Origin: Chiloscyllium plagiosum
Taxonomy: Eukaryota
Length of the DNA stretch: 64,000 nucleotides
Assembly: GCF_004010195.1 (NCBI RefSeq)
Contig: NC_057718.1
Coordinates: 78,978,676 to 79,042,675, forward strand
Direction of reading: 5' to 3'
This document shows, piece after piece, positions 1-11,629 of this stretch. How positions within the stretch are numbered: position 1 is the stretch's first letter; each line of letters begins with the position of its first letter. Both the position numbers and the translations under genes were made by a program. Below the pieces are notes generated by a model. The model was given only the letters and a program-made list of their open reading frames with translations. It did no database searches and was not told the origin of the DNA.

Positions 1-329
1 AGTTGGTTGGAAGTGGTCACAGGTGGGTAGGGGAGAAATGCAATCTGGTAGTAAACAAGATCCAGTCTCGCTAGTTGCCTCAGCTAGTGCAGGGGCATTT
101 GGAAATGCTGAAATTAGTTAACTGACTCATTGTTTAGATTGCAGTAGACAATTCCATTCCAGACCTCATTACACCCTTGAAGATGAGCAAAGCTGAATTG
201 CAGAAATGAGGTAATGCTAATATTGTTTCAAGCCAGTCAGTAAGGCCGCATCTACATCACCTTCTTTTGTGGATAATGTTACAGCTAATTCTACCTCTTT
301 AGTGTCACAGGTGCTCCCTGAATTTTTGT

Positions 330-438
330 TAATCAACTTGCTTAGACATGCTATGACACGTTTCTGGATTGGGTGAGACTTCAACCTAAGCCTTCTGGCC
401 CAGTGGTAGGGACACTGACACTGCACCACAAGAACCCT
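330..438 (-). mobile_element. Short tRNA-derived SINE (same family as 21511 and 59311)
   Basis: Reverse complement has a tRNA-like A/B-box head and a body similar to the 21511 and 59311 copies. Confidence 0.6.
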
Positions 439-629
439 AAAATGTTTTAATTAACTTATTTGGAAATGCTAAGCACACCTCTGGGACAGGTGTGACTTGA
501 ATCCTTGATGTCGTCTTTCCAACATTTCTTTCACACTAGTGAAATCAGTTCTCAATCTTGTGTCTCAAGCTCAATTATCGAATGAACATTATCCTAAAGA
601 GAAATGTTTATCTATATTACCTATATGAT

Positions 630-928
630 GGGCGGCACAGTGGCAAGTGGTTAGCACTGCTGCCCCACAGCGCCAGAGACCCTGGTTCAATTCCCGCCTC
701 AGGCAACTGTCTGTGTGGAGTTTGCACACACTCCCAGTGCCTGCATGGGTTTCCTCCGGGTGCTCCGATTTCCTCCCACAGTCCAAAGAAAAATGTGCAG
801 GTTAGGTGATTTGGCCATGCTAAAATTGCACGTAGTGTTAGGTGAAGGGGTAAATGTAGAGGAATGAGTCTGTGGGTGGGTTGCTCTTCGGAGGGTCGGT
901 GTGGATGTGTTGGGCCGAAGCCCCTGTT
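630..928 (+). mobile_element. HE1-type V-SINE, copy 1 of tandem pair
   Basis: gggcggcacagtggc...ggttcaattccc tRNA head, then V-domain tgtgtggagtttgcac...ttcctcccacagtccaaag. Confidence 0.9.
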
Positions 929-935
929 AAAAACT

Positions 936-1248
936 GGGCGGCCAGGTGGCACAGTGGTTAGCACTGTTGCCTTACAGTGCCAGAGACCCGGGTTCAATTC
1001 CCGCCTCAGGCAACTGTCTGTGTGGAGTTTGCACATTCTCCCCGTGTTTGCGTGGGTTACCTCCGGGTGCTCTGGTTTCCTCCCACAGTCCAAAGATGTG
1101 CAGGTTAGGTGAATTGGCCATGCTAAATTGCCAGTAGTGTTAGGTGACGGGGTAAATACAGGGGAATGGGTCTGGGTGGGTTGCTCTTTTGGAGGGTCAG
1201 TGTGGACTTGTTGGGCCGAAGGGCCTGTTTCCACATTGTAAGTAATCA
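936..1248 (+). mobile_element. HE1-type V-SINE, copy 2 of tandem pair
   Basis: Same head and V-domain, with complete tail gggccgaagggcctgtttccac...aagtaatc. Confidence 0.9.
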
Positions 1249-1530
1249 ATTATATTTTATGGGCAGTGTTTTCTTCGAATGGCCCTTTATAATTGATTTG
1301 TCAGAATGTTAGATGAACAGACTCTTCTAGCTCCTACTCGAGCCAGTGTTTCTTCACCTGACATGTTTTTAACAACACATTGGCTTGGGAAGCCAAGAAA
1401 ATCCAGTGAATAATCATTCTTGATCTCTTCCACCAAGAATATGATTCGGAGATGCCGGTGTTGGACTGGGGTGTACAAAGTTTAAAAATCACATCACCAG
1501 GTTATAGTCCAACAGGTTTAATTGGAAACA

Positions 1531-1565
1531 CACTAGCTTTCGGCGCGACGCTCCTTCATCAGTGA
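1531..1565 (-). ncRNA. Minimal hammerhead ribozyme motif (family A)
   Basis: Minus strand reads CTGATGA aggagcgtcgcgcc GAAA gcta gtg; core intact, one stem II mismatch. Confidence 0.6.
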
Positions 1566-1758
1566 TTGTGGAGGGCTCAATCGTAACACAGAATTTATAG
1601 CAAAAATTTGCAGTGTGATGTAACTGAAATTATACATTGAATTCTCCTCTGTGGTCCAGGACATTCAGCCTCAGACCTTCGGGTGACCATCCTCCAAGGT
1701 GGACTTCGGGACAGGCAGCAGAGGAAAGTGGCCGAGCAGAGGCTGATAGCTAAGTTCG

Positions 1759-2673
1759 NNNNNNNNNNNNNNNNNNNNNNNNNNNNNNNNNNNNNNNNNN
1801 NNNNNNNNNNNNNNNNNNNNNNNNNNNNNNNNNNNNNNNNNNNNNNNNNNNNNNNNNNNNNNNNNNNNNNNNNNNNNNNNNNNNNNNNNNNNNNNNNNNN
1901 NNNNNNNNNNNNNNNNNNNNNNNNNNNNNNNNNNNNNNNNNNNNNNNNNNNNNNNNNNNNNNNNNNNNNNNNNNNNNNNNNNNNNNNNNNNNNNNNNNNN
2001 NNNNNNNNNNNNNNNNNNNNNNNNNNNNNNNNNNNNNNNNNNNNNNNNNNNNNNNNNNNNNNNNNNNNNNNNNNNNNNNNNNNNNNNNNNNNNNNNNNNN
2101 NNNNNNNNNNNNNNNNNNNNNNNNNNNNNNNNNNNNNNNNNNNNNNNNNNNNNNNNNNNNNNNNNNNNNNNNNNNNNNNNNNNNNNNNNNNNNNNNNNNN
2201 NNNNNNNNNNNNNNNNNNNNNNNNNNNNNNNNNNNNNNNNNNNNNNNNNNNNNNNNNNNNNNNNNNNNNNNNNNNNNNNNNNNNNNNNNNNNNNNNNNNN
2301 NNNNNNNNNNNNNNNNNNNNNNNNNNNNNNNNNNNNNNNNNNNNNNNNNNNNNNNNNNNNNNNNNNNNNNNNNNNNNNNNNNNNNNNNNNNNNNNNNNNN
2401 NNNNNNNNNNNNNNNNNNNNNNNNNNNNNNNNNNNNNNNNNNNNNNNNNNNNNNNNNNNNNNNNNNNNNNNNNNNNNNNNNNNNNNNNNNNNNNNNNNNN
2501 NNNNNNNNNNNNNNNNNNNNNNNNNNNNNNNNNNNNNNNNNNNNNNNNNNNNNNNNNNNNNNNNNNNNNNNNNNNNNNNNNNNNNNNNNNNNNNNNNNNN
2601 NNNNNNNNNNNNNNNNNNNNNNNNNNNNNNNNNNNNNNNNNNNNNNNNNNNNNNNNNNNNNNNNNNNNNNNNN
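1759..2673. other. Assembly gap (N run)
   Basis: Run of N. Confidence 1.
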
Positions 2674-4503
2674 AACAGCTAACCCAATAATGCAACTTTA
2701 AAAAAAAGGATTTTGTGATTTACACATGAAAGAAGTGAAACTATCACTGTATTCTAACAGATGAAAGGCTGAACAGACAATCAATTCTTCAATGTATAAT
2801 TTCAGTTACATCACACTGCAAATTTTTGCTATAAATTCTGTGTTACGATCGAGCCCTCCACTATCACCTGATGAAGGAGCGTCGCTCCAAAATCTAGTGT
2901 TTCCAATTAAACCTGGTGTTGTGATTTTTAACCAAGAATATGGTTAGCACAGCAAGTATTGCAGATGCATTTCACAGGTTAGCATGTGAAGTATTATTAC
3001 GAATGACTAACTTCTTTCTGGATCACCTAAAATTGGAAGCGTGTGTGTGCATTCTTTTGAATTTATGATTGTTTTTATTTTGTCTGAATTTCCTCATCAA
3101 CTGTAATAAATTTTTAAGATGGTACTTTGTTCCGATATATCATAACTAACTTTGAGTCTACTCCAGGTGCACAACTGGCCAGTCAAAAGTCTTAATTCGT
3201 CTGTTTCTACCTTGCTGATGCAGCATTCACTTTCTGAGAGGACCTGGCCCTATTTATAAGAATGTGACTGATCTGTTCTGAGTAATATGGTCAATCCATG
3301 GTCACTGCAGATTTGCATGCTTGTTATCTGATGCTACATATTTAAATGCTTGACTACCAATCTTAACCATGTTACCTGTCACACTACCCAAGTTCTGAAG
3401 AACCACCCTATAGAAAATCAGTGATGTCAGTTATAAAGATGCCTGCCAGTTTCTCACTTTCATGCCAGTAAATCATTGTTCGATGTAGTGATCTGCAACC
3501 TACTTTCAGTAAGAGGGATATAACTGGGAAACACCATCCTGGGCCATTTTGGAAGTTCAAAGATTCAGCTTTTAAACCACTAAAGTAGTCTCATTTTTTG
3601 CTTTGTATTGCCATGCATGATGAGTAAGTCGATCAAACTGGATGAACCGAATAGTTTTGATAAGAACTCATTAACTTGTAATAATCTTGAGGCAAAAGTG
3701 AGAATTGGAAAAGGTGTGAGGAACAGCTCAAAATAGATGCTGTAAGTATAACAGATACAGTAATGAATCCAATGAACAATTCAAGAGATATCTTTGCTAA
3801 AAACTGTGGGATCAATATAAACTTCAATTGTATGATAGTAAATAGCATAGTTACGTTTAAAGGAAAACAGATTAAAATACATGAAGGAGAAAGGAGTAGA
3901 AGAATATAACTGGGTGAGTTAGATGAAATTTAGTGTGAAGATGTTCATTGCTATAGATTAGCTTGGTCTAATAGCCTTCTGTACTCTAAATTCTATATTT
4001 TACAAATATTCTTTTCAGAACCGCATACTTGTCTACTGGAAACTTGTCTGTCTTAGTTTCTGTTTTGTGGTATGTTGAATGTACGCTTGTAGCAATGTGG
4101 AAAATCTACTTGCCTTGCATTCCTCCCCTAAATGGTTTGTACATTATTACAACAGTAGGGAGTGACCATCGTCTTCATTACGTAGAGCAGAATTTAATTA
4201 AAGAAAATAATGCTTATCCACTCTAACCTAAACCATCAAGCTGTAGGGGGGGGGGCATGCATTTTAAAACAAAAGTCAGTTAAGTTAATAGGTTTTGCTA
4301 ACTAGTAAGTAAGGACTGATAGTGTTGTATTTGCAGTAAACCTAGTGAGTAAATTTAATTTGCACATGTCTGTAAAGCTAGATTTGAGAAACCTAAACAG
4401 TAATTATCCTGATCTTTGAAGATGTCTAGACGAAAAGTGTGTTTGGTTGCATTTAGGAGTTTGAGGCCATGTTTACTCCTAGCTACCATTTTAAATTAGT
4501 GAA

Positions 4504-4674
4504 ATTCTGGATTAGTGGTGCTGGAAGAGCACAGCAGTGCAGGCAGCATCCGAGGAGCAGTAAAATCGACGTCTATTTTACTGCTCCTCGGATGCTGCCT
4601 GCACTGCTGTGCTCTTCCAGCACCACTAATCCAGAATCTGGTTTCCAGCATCTGCAGTCATTGTTTTTACCTAT
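4504..4674 (+). mobile_element. Penelope pLTR-derived fold-back mini-element (family B) containing a 134-bp near-perfect palindrome
   Basis: 4504-4637 is palindromic about 4570/4571 with one mismatch. 12-bp TSD attagtgaaatt at 4495-4506 and 4675-4686. Confidence 0.85.
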
Positions 4675-6104
4675 ATTAGTGAAATTGTTTAGAATTTTCA
4701 AATAATCTGACAAGGCAATGAAGTTTGTTGTGTCAGGCTTTACATGTGTTGAATTGAGCTTATGATATGTAAACATTCTATTTTAGATGAAAAAGACGAA
4801 TTAACTTATTTGGTGATGGCTGGCTATAACTTGACATACACGTAGCAAACTAGCCAAGATTGTGCTGGCTTTGGTGCAGTGATACCGCTTTTTTGCCCAA
4901 GTTAAAGGGTTGTGAGTTGAAGTCCTAATCCAGAACTTGAGCACATTGTCCCAAATTGTCACATCAGTATGGGAAACCACATTACTTCCCAATCAATTTC
5001 TCACTATGATTCCATTTCAAGGCTTGAAAATTGTTGTAAACCCTCTAAACTGAAAGTGTGGGGACTTGTTGGAGAGGAGGGACAGCTGTTCTTAATGTCC
5101 GAGATTCCACTATGGTCATTGCTGCCTCAGCTTGCGACCCCATTTGGGGTTCTGATTGCTGAGTTTGGGAAGTTCTGTATTACATTAACAGGAATGTCAA
5201 GGTTTGGAGGAGTTGAATCAACGCTCCACCTGTCCTTTTCGTTGTTTGTAAAGGATTCCATGGTAATCTTACAAGAGACCACATGCATTTGCTTTTGGAC
5301 TGTTGATCAAAGCTGAGGAAAATAGCTTTTAAAAGGGAGAATGTGCAAGGGGTTGTTTGCTTCACTTGCTTTCTCAAGTTGCAGTCTGATGTATATGCAT
5401 CAGTGTTGTGTTTTCAGGACATTGAGTCCAAATTGGCACCAGCTGGTGTGCGTTCAGGAGAACTCCGTCTAATGACAGCCCTCTGGTTCAACTGCAGACA
5501 TTGAGAGAGAAATGCAATTAAAAGCAAAGAGAATCCTACAGAAGTTGGCTGTCGCAAGTCTCTGTCTCCTCCTCTATAAAGTAATTCTTTCCAATTCTTT
5601 GTTGAAACAACAGGAAAACTCCTTTCTGAATAATTCTAAAACCTAAAGGAAAAGAGAAGACCCTGGGTCCAATCTGTTACTCAGTGAAGACTAGTCTTTG
5701 ATGTGGTGATAACATTGTATAAACATCAAAGAATTGAAAAGATTGTGGGGGAAATAAAAATCCAATATTGTGATTTGGATTGGTGATACAGAAAGATTTC
5801 TCTGACTTTTGTTTTTCCTTTCCTTCCATCTGTAATGTTTGTCTCTTTTACTGTTTCTCTTTGTGTGGAGAAGGGAATTTAAAAGGGTAAAATTTAAGTT
5901 GTACAATCATAAATTAGCAATTTTTTCTTGTGTTTTTTATCATTGGCTCAAGAAATCAGTTTGGTTGCAATAAATATTTATTTATTTTCTTAGTAATGCT
6001 AAAATCCAGTGCGTGTTTCTTTCAACCTGAATGAGTTGAGTGAATTGGGCATTTTGGTAGTATGACTGCATTTGCACATTTGTAGCAACTCTGAGAACAG
6101 TAAT

Positions 6105-6527
6105 GTATTAGAATTACCTTTTATTGTCATGTGTACTCCATTGAGTGCAGTGAAAAGTTTGCAATGTCACCATTTATGGTGCCATCTTAGGTACCAGATA
6201 CTTAAGTTCTTTTACGTAATTGGAAGAATTATGAATAGAAGTCCAACATAAGATTAAAAAGGACTCCAATCAGTTCTTTTCACTAGGTCTGTGCTAGCAC
6301 CGAGCCTGCAGCCCACACTGGACTTCAAACTTAAGGCCTTGTTTCCAATCCACAAGGGCTTTGCCTCCCCCGTGGCGGCTCTGGTCTGGGGTTCGCTTCC
6401 CCTATTCACTCCAGGCAAGTTGAAGTAGTTAAAAGTTTGAAAAATAAAACAGTAGAAAAGAGAAAAGAACAAGAATGGTGTAACAGAGTAGCTCCGGCTC
6501 GAGTGTCCTACTCTGCCGCCATCTTGC
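6105..6527 (-). mobile_element. Non-autonomous retroelement with CAAGATGGCGGC head and ...tgacaataaa tail
   Basis: Shares its 3' tail with 36024-36475 (-) and 15540-15612 (+). Confidence 0.5.
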
Positions 6528-6738
6528 ATGAGAATGAGTAATTGCTAGATAAGTGTATACATCTAAGTCTATATTACTTTCTGTTGTACTTGTCAGCTAC
6601 TTTCATTAAATTAACATGATTGCATTTTAACTGGAAATTTCTGTTAATGTCCAAAATAAAGGCCTTAATCACAAAAATGTTCATTTCACAATGATGTGAG
6701 TAAAGACCCCAAATTAAGAAACTTTGTATTGAATTTAA

Positions 6739-8122
6739 GCAGGAAATTATAGACCAGTTAGTCAGACCCCAGTGGTGGGAAAGATGCTGGAGTCTATTAT
6801 AAAGGATGAAATTACGACACATCTGGATAGTAGTAACAGGATAGGTCAGAGTCAGCATGGATTTATGAAGGGGAAGTCATGCTTGACTAATCTTCTGGAA
6901 TGTTTTGAGGATGTAACTCTGAAGATGGACGAGGTACCTGGACTTTCAGAAAGCTTTTGATAAAGTCCCACATAGGAGGTTAGTGAGCAAAATTGGGGCG
7001 CATGGTATTGGGGGCAAAGTACTAACTTGGATTGAAAGTTGGTTGGCTGACAGGAAACAAGGAGTAGTGATAAACGGCTCCATTTCGGAATGGCATGCAG
7101 TAACCAGTGGGGTACCGTAGGGATCAGCTGGGACCGCAGCTTTTTACAATATATATTAATGATATAGAAGATGGTATTAGTAATAACATTAGCAAATTTG
7201 CTGATGATACTAAGCTGGGTGGCAGGGTGAAATGTGAGGAGGATGTTAGGAGATTACAGGGTGACCTGGACAGGTTAGGTGAGTGGGCAGATGCAGTTTA
7301 ATGTGGATAAATGTATGGTTATCCACTTTGGTGGCAAGAACAGGAAGGCAGATTACTACCTCAATGGAATCAATTTGGGTATTGGGGCAGTACAAAGAGA
7401 TCTGGGTGTTCTTGTACACCTGTCAATGAAGGTAAGCATGCAGGTACAGGAGGTAGTAAAGAAGGCTAATAGCATGCTGGCCTTCATAACAAGGGGGATT
7501 AAGTATAGAAGCAAAGAGGTTCTTTTGCAGCTGTATAGGGCCCTGGTGAGACCACACCTGGAGTAGTGTGTGTAGTTCTGGTCTCCAAATTTGAGAAAAG
7601 ACATTCTGGCTATTGAGGGAGCGCAGCGTAGGTTCACGAGGTCAATTCCTGGAGTGGCGGGACTACCTTAGGTTGAAAAACTGAAGCGACTGGGCTTGTA
7701 TACCCTTGAGTTTAGAAGACTGAGAGGGGATCTGATTGAGACATATAAGATTATGAAAGGATTGGACACTCTGGAGGCAGGAAACATGTTTCCGCTGACT
7801 GGTGAATGCCGAGCCAGAGGGCACAGCTTAAAAATATGGGGTAGACCATTTAGGGTAGAGATGAGGAGAAACTTCTTCACCCAGAGAGTGGTGGCTGTGT
7901 GGAATGCTCTGCCCCAGAGGGCAGTGGATGCCCAGTCTCTGGATTCATTTAAGAAAGAGTTGGATAGAGCTCTCAAGGATAGTGGAATCGAGGGTTATGG
8001 AGATAAGGCAGGAACAGGATACTGATTAAGGATGATCAGCCATGATCATATTGAATTGTGGTGCAGGCTTGAAGGGCAGAATGGCCTACTCCTGCACCTA
8101 TTGTCTATTGTCTATATTGTCT
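6739..8122 (+). mobile_element. CR1-clade LINE, 5'-truncated ORF2 (RT) and 3' UTR
   Basis: Motifs QHGFMKGKSCLTNLLE, ISKFADDTKL, LYRALVRPHLE, RRLRGDLIETYKI; (tattgtc)n tail. Confidence 0.95.
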
Positions 8123-8749
8123 TATGTGTGGAGGCTTTGGCCCTTCCAAAAACCTGGGCTTAAATAATAATTTTGCTAGATAAGGATAAGTCCCAAATTT
8201 TAATGTGCTCTTTGTGGTACTTCTCAGCTAACATCAATGGCATTATGTTTGCCAAATGATGTAAAGCTTCTACTATCATTTCAAAATCAAAGAAATAAAC
8301 AATGGTAGATAAATTTGGAGAAGTGCAGAGGGAATAAATTTGGAAAGTTTTTATTTGCATCAAACCTCAACCAAAATCCGATCCCTTTGAGAGAAAAGTG
8401 ATTGTATTGATTGTTTACTTATACTTTGTATCTATAAACTTGAAGTGTCCTGAGACTGTCATGCGTATTTCTAATTTTATTTCATAATTCAACTTTACTT
8501 TGAAAAAATAAGTGGGAGGTTTTTAACTGCCTAACCTGTCTTTATCTAGCAGACAATAAAAGGATTCTAATTGAGAACATAAAATGTTGACGCTTTTGGC
8601 TGATTTCAGTTTGATTTTTTTTAAATGAGTGAAATGTATTTGAATTTCAATGGCAAACATGCCTTTGAGGGCAGTGGGTGAGGGGGGAGACCAATAAAGA
8701 AGAATTGGAATTGGCTGTGGCTGTGGTAACAACTGTTAGAAACAAAGTA

Positions 8750-8952
8750 CAAGTATCCCCCCCTGTCCGAAAGTAAGCTGAAATGGCGCAAAATGAAGAA
8801 GTGTTCATTTATACGGGCAAAGTTTTGCTTTTTCTCGTAAAAGTGAAAACTCTGTTCGGATTTCTTTCAGTTAACGAAAACAGGTACTAATGTTGCACTT
8901 TTGTAAAAGTGAAGTGGCGTAAAGCAAACTTTTGAAAAGTGGGGGATACCTG
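8750..8952. mobile_element. Tc1/mariner (Tigger-like) MITE
   Basis: TIRs caagtatcccc / gggggatacctg, with TA on both sides (8748-49, 8953-54). Confidence 0.8.
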
Positions 8953-8954
8953 TA

Positions 8955-11140
8955 TCCTTCTCTATCATGTCAAAATTGTTCATAATTTTGAACAGCTGAA
9001 TAAGGCAGCTACTTAATCTTCTGTGCTCCAATAAGCCCACTTTTCTGATCTTTACTTATGTCTGATAAAATTGTAGTAAATCTTCTTTGCACTCTCTCCA
9101 GGGCTTTAACATCCTTTAAAGAAGGTGCCCAGAACTGAACATAATACTTCAAATGCGGTCAACTAAATGATTTTGTAGGGCTGTAGAGTCACTTCCTTGC
9201 TTTTATACACAATCTCTATTTATAAACCCAAGGATCCTATAAGCTGCCTTAATAACTGTTCAGCTTGCCTTCCCACCTTCAGAGATTTATGCACGTGAAC
9301 TCCTTGGTCCCTCTGCTCTTGTACTCCTCTTGAAGTTGTACCATTGAGCCTCTATAGACTCTCCGTGTTACTTCTACCAAAATGCATTGCCCCAATTTCT
9401 CTGCATTTGAAATTCATCTGCCGGGTGTCTGCCCATTTGACCAACTTGTCAATATTCCTCTAAAGTCCTTCAGCGGCATCCTCTCAATTCACTATTCTCT
9501 CTAACTGAGAATCATCTGCAAATTTAGAGATTTTGCTTTCAGTATTCATCTCCAAATCATTTATTTGTAAATCAGAAAAAAACAATGATCCCAACACCTG
9601 AGGAACTCCACTTTCAACTTGTCCCTAGTCTGAGAAGTGCCCATCCATCTCTACCCTCTGTTTCCTATCTTTTAGCCAACTTCTAAACCATGCTGCCATG
9701 AACCCATCAATCCCAAACATTTCTAATTTGCTAACCGACTTGCCATATGGCACCATATCAATTCTTTCTGAAAGTCCAAATATATAACATCCACAGCACC
9801 GCTCTCATCTACTGCCCGTTTCACCTTGACAAAGCCATATTGACTGATTAGTATTAACTTATTTTCTCGAAGTGTATATTTATCTTATCTTGTATTGTGG
9901 TTTCTATCAGTCTTCCCAATATTGATGTCAAGCTGACAGCTCTGTCACTTCCTGGCTTATCCTTTACCACCACCTTAAACAGTGGCATCACATTTGCAAT
10001 CCTCCAGTCCCCTGGGACTAATTCTGTGTTCTGAGAGACCTGGAAAATTACTGTCAATGGCTGCACAATTGCTCCCTTACCTCTTTCAGCAATCTAGGAT
10101 GCAGTTCATCTAGGTCTGGCGACTTCACTGCCTGCAATGCTGCCAGCCTTTTTTTTGCATCTCCTCTTTCTGTATCACTATACTGCTCAGTTGCTCAACC
10201 TAGCTTACTGTCACCATTTTCCACTTTGGTGAAGACAGAATCAATGTATAATGTGTATAAGAACAGGAATAGCTGGAGTATCTCCGCAAGTATTGGCAGT
10301 AAGTGTGGAGAGAAATCAGGGTTGATGTTTCAGGTTCAGTGACTCTTCCTGAGAACTCATTTAGTATCTCTATCATGCCCTTTGCTTCAGTGAGGAGCTT
10401 ATCCTGTTTGTTCCTTACAGGCATCATTCTATCCTTCACACATTTTACTATTTGTCTCAGCGCAGCCTACCATCCTTTCTTTATGCTTCCTTTTAACGCT
10501 TCTTATTCCAACTTTAACCTCTCTCCTTCATTTGAGATTCTCCCTCATTTCTATTGCTATTATTATTTTGGTATATGTCATATACCTCCTTTTCTCTTCC
10601 TTCATCATATAGGGCACTCTAGCTTTGGATGCCTGTATTTATTTCTCATTGGTAGTTAGCTTGCACCCTTTTCATCTGTTTTGAAAGTCTCAATTTTTTT
10701 ATTCACTAAAATGCATTTCTAATCAACCTCTGTCAGTTCAACTTTTAGATCCCTAAATTCTGCCCTTTTCCAATCTGGGATGTTAATCCTTGACTTTTTT
10801 TTAAAAAAAAATCTTTTGACTTAATATCGAACCTTATTTTGATTGCTGTTTCATAAGTGCTTCTTCACTCTGATGTTCTCCCTTGGCCTGTCTCATTATC
10901 TAGGAGTAGAACAAGCACAGTTCCCTTACTGGTAGGACAGGAAATGTCCTCTTGCAGAAAGTTCTCCTGTCCACATGGAAGGAATTTCTTCCCTTCTATA
11001 TCTACACTCCTTTATTCTTAGGCTACCCTTTGTAGGGTAATTGAAATCATCAGCTATCGTAACCCTACTTGTCCCGCAGGTCTCCATAATCTGCCTACAA
11101 ATGCTGTCTTCAGCATCTCCCCACTATTTAACTATCCCTT
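8955..11140 (-). mobile_element. Old CR1 LINE ORF2 remnant
   Basis: Minus-strand VPGDWRIANVMPLFK...RAVSLTSILGRLIE and other degenerate CR1 motifs. Confidence 0.8.
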
Positions 11141-11208
11141 CCTTTTTCTCACCTCCAGCCATCGATCCTAACTCGGGGATTGTATCTTGTTCAATGACTA
11201 TGATATTA

Positions 11209-11413
11209 CAGGGCTTTGTGGTATAATGCGATGTTTGTGTTTCTCTGCAACCTCATCTTATAGAAAATTGTGCGATGGAAAACTGCTATAGAAGATCACT
11301 ATAGAAAATCGTTATACCTGTTCAGTAGAAAGTTTGTGTTATCCAAACAGTATCCACAATTGCATTATAGCCAATTCGCATTGATGAAACGTGTATTATA
11401 CCAGAATGACCTG
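11209..11413. mobile_element. Tigger-like MITE
   Basis: TA|cagg...tataa / ttata...cctg|TA termini; related copy at 56247. Confidence 0.65.
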
Positions 11414-11500
11414 TATCTTTGACCAAGACTGCTACACCACCTCCCATTTTACCCACACTTTCTCCTAAAAACCTTATAACCCAGGATATTACATGTCCAG

Positions 11501-11626
11501 GAGAAAGTGAGGGCTGCAGATGCTGGACAGTCAGAGTCAAAGTCTGGTGCTTGAAAAGCACAGCAGGTCAGGCAGCATACGGGGAGCCGGAGAGCTGATG
11601 TTTCAGGCATATGCCCTTCGTCAGGA
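11501..11626 (-). mobile_element. Penelope pLTR fragment (family B) beginning at a hammerhead core
   Basis: Minus strand cCTGACGA agggcatatgcct GAAA catc; similar to 19622-19750. Confidence 0.75.
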
Positions 11627-11629
11627 ATA

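Larger units (their letters stand above)
1444..2930 (+). mobile_element. Penelope-like element (family A): inverted 5' pLTR copy, C-terminal endonuclease-region fragment, sense pLTR; spans an assembly gap
   Basis: 1444-1640 is the reverse complement of the ~2785-2930 region. Peptide TILQGGLRDRQQRKVAEQRLIAKF. 12-bp TSD accaagaatatg at 1432-1443 and 2931-2942. Confidence 0.8.

Noticed and set aside
630..700. tRNA-like sequences (also at 936, 21511, 27158, 59311)
   Set aside because: These are SINE heads attached to SINE bodies, not tRNA genes.
617..1249. 210-aa minus-strand ORF with internal repeat
   Set aside because: Antisense reading of two tandem HE1 SINEs.
1595..2695. Long ORFs of 335-366 aa (also 22294-23310 and 22470-23306)
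   Set aside because: Artefacts of translating through N gaps; the real parts are Penelope or CR1 fragments.
5300..6095. Possible old gypsy-type LTR
   Set aside because: Only a general resemblance and an AATAAA; no termini or TSD could be defined.
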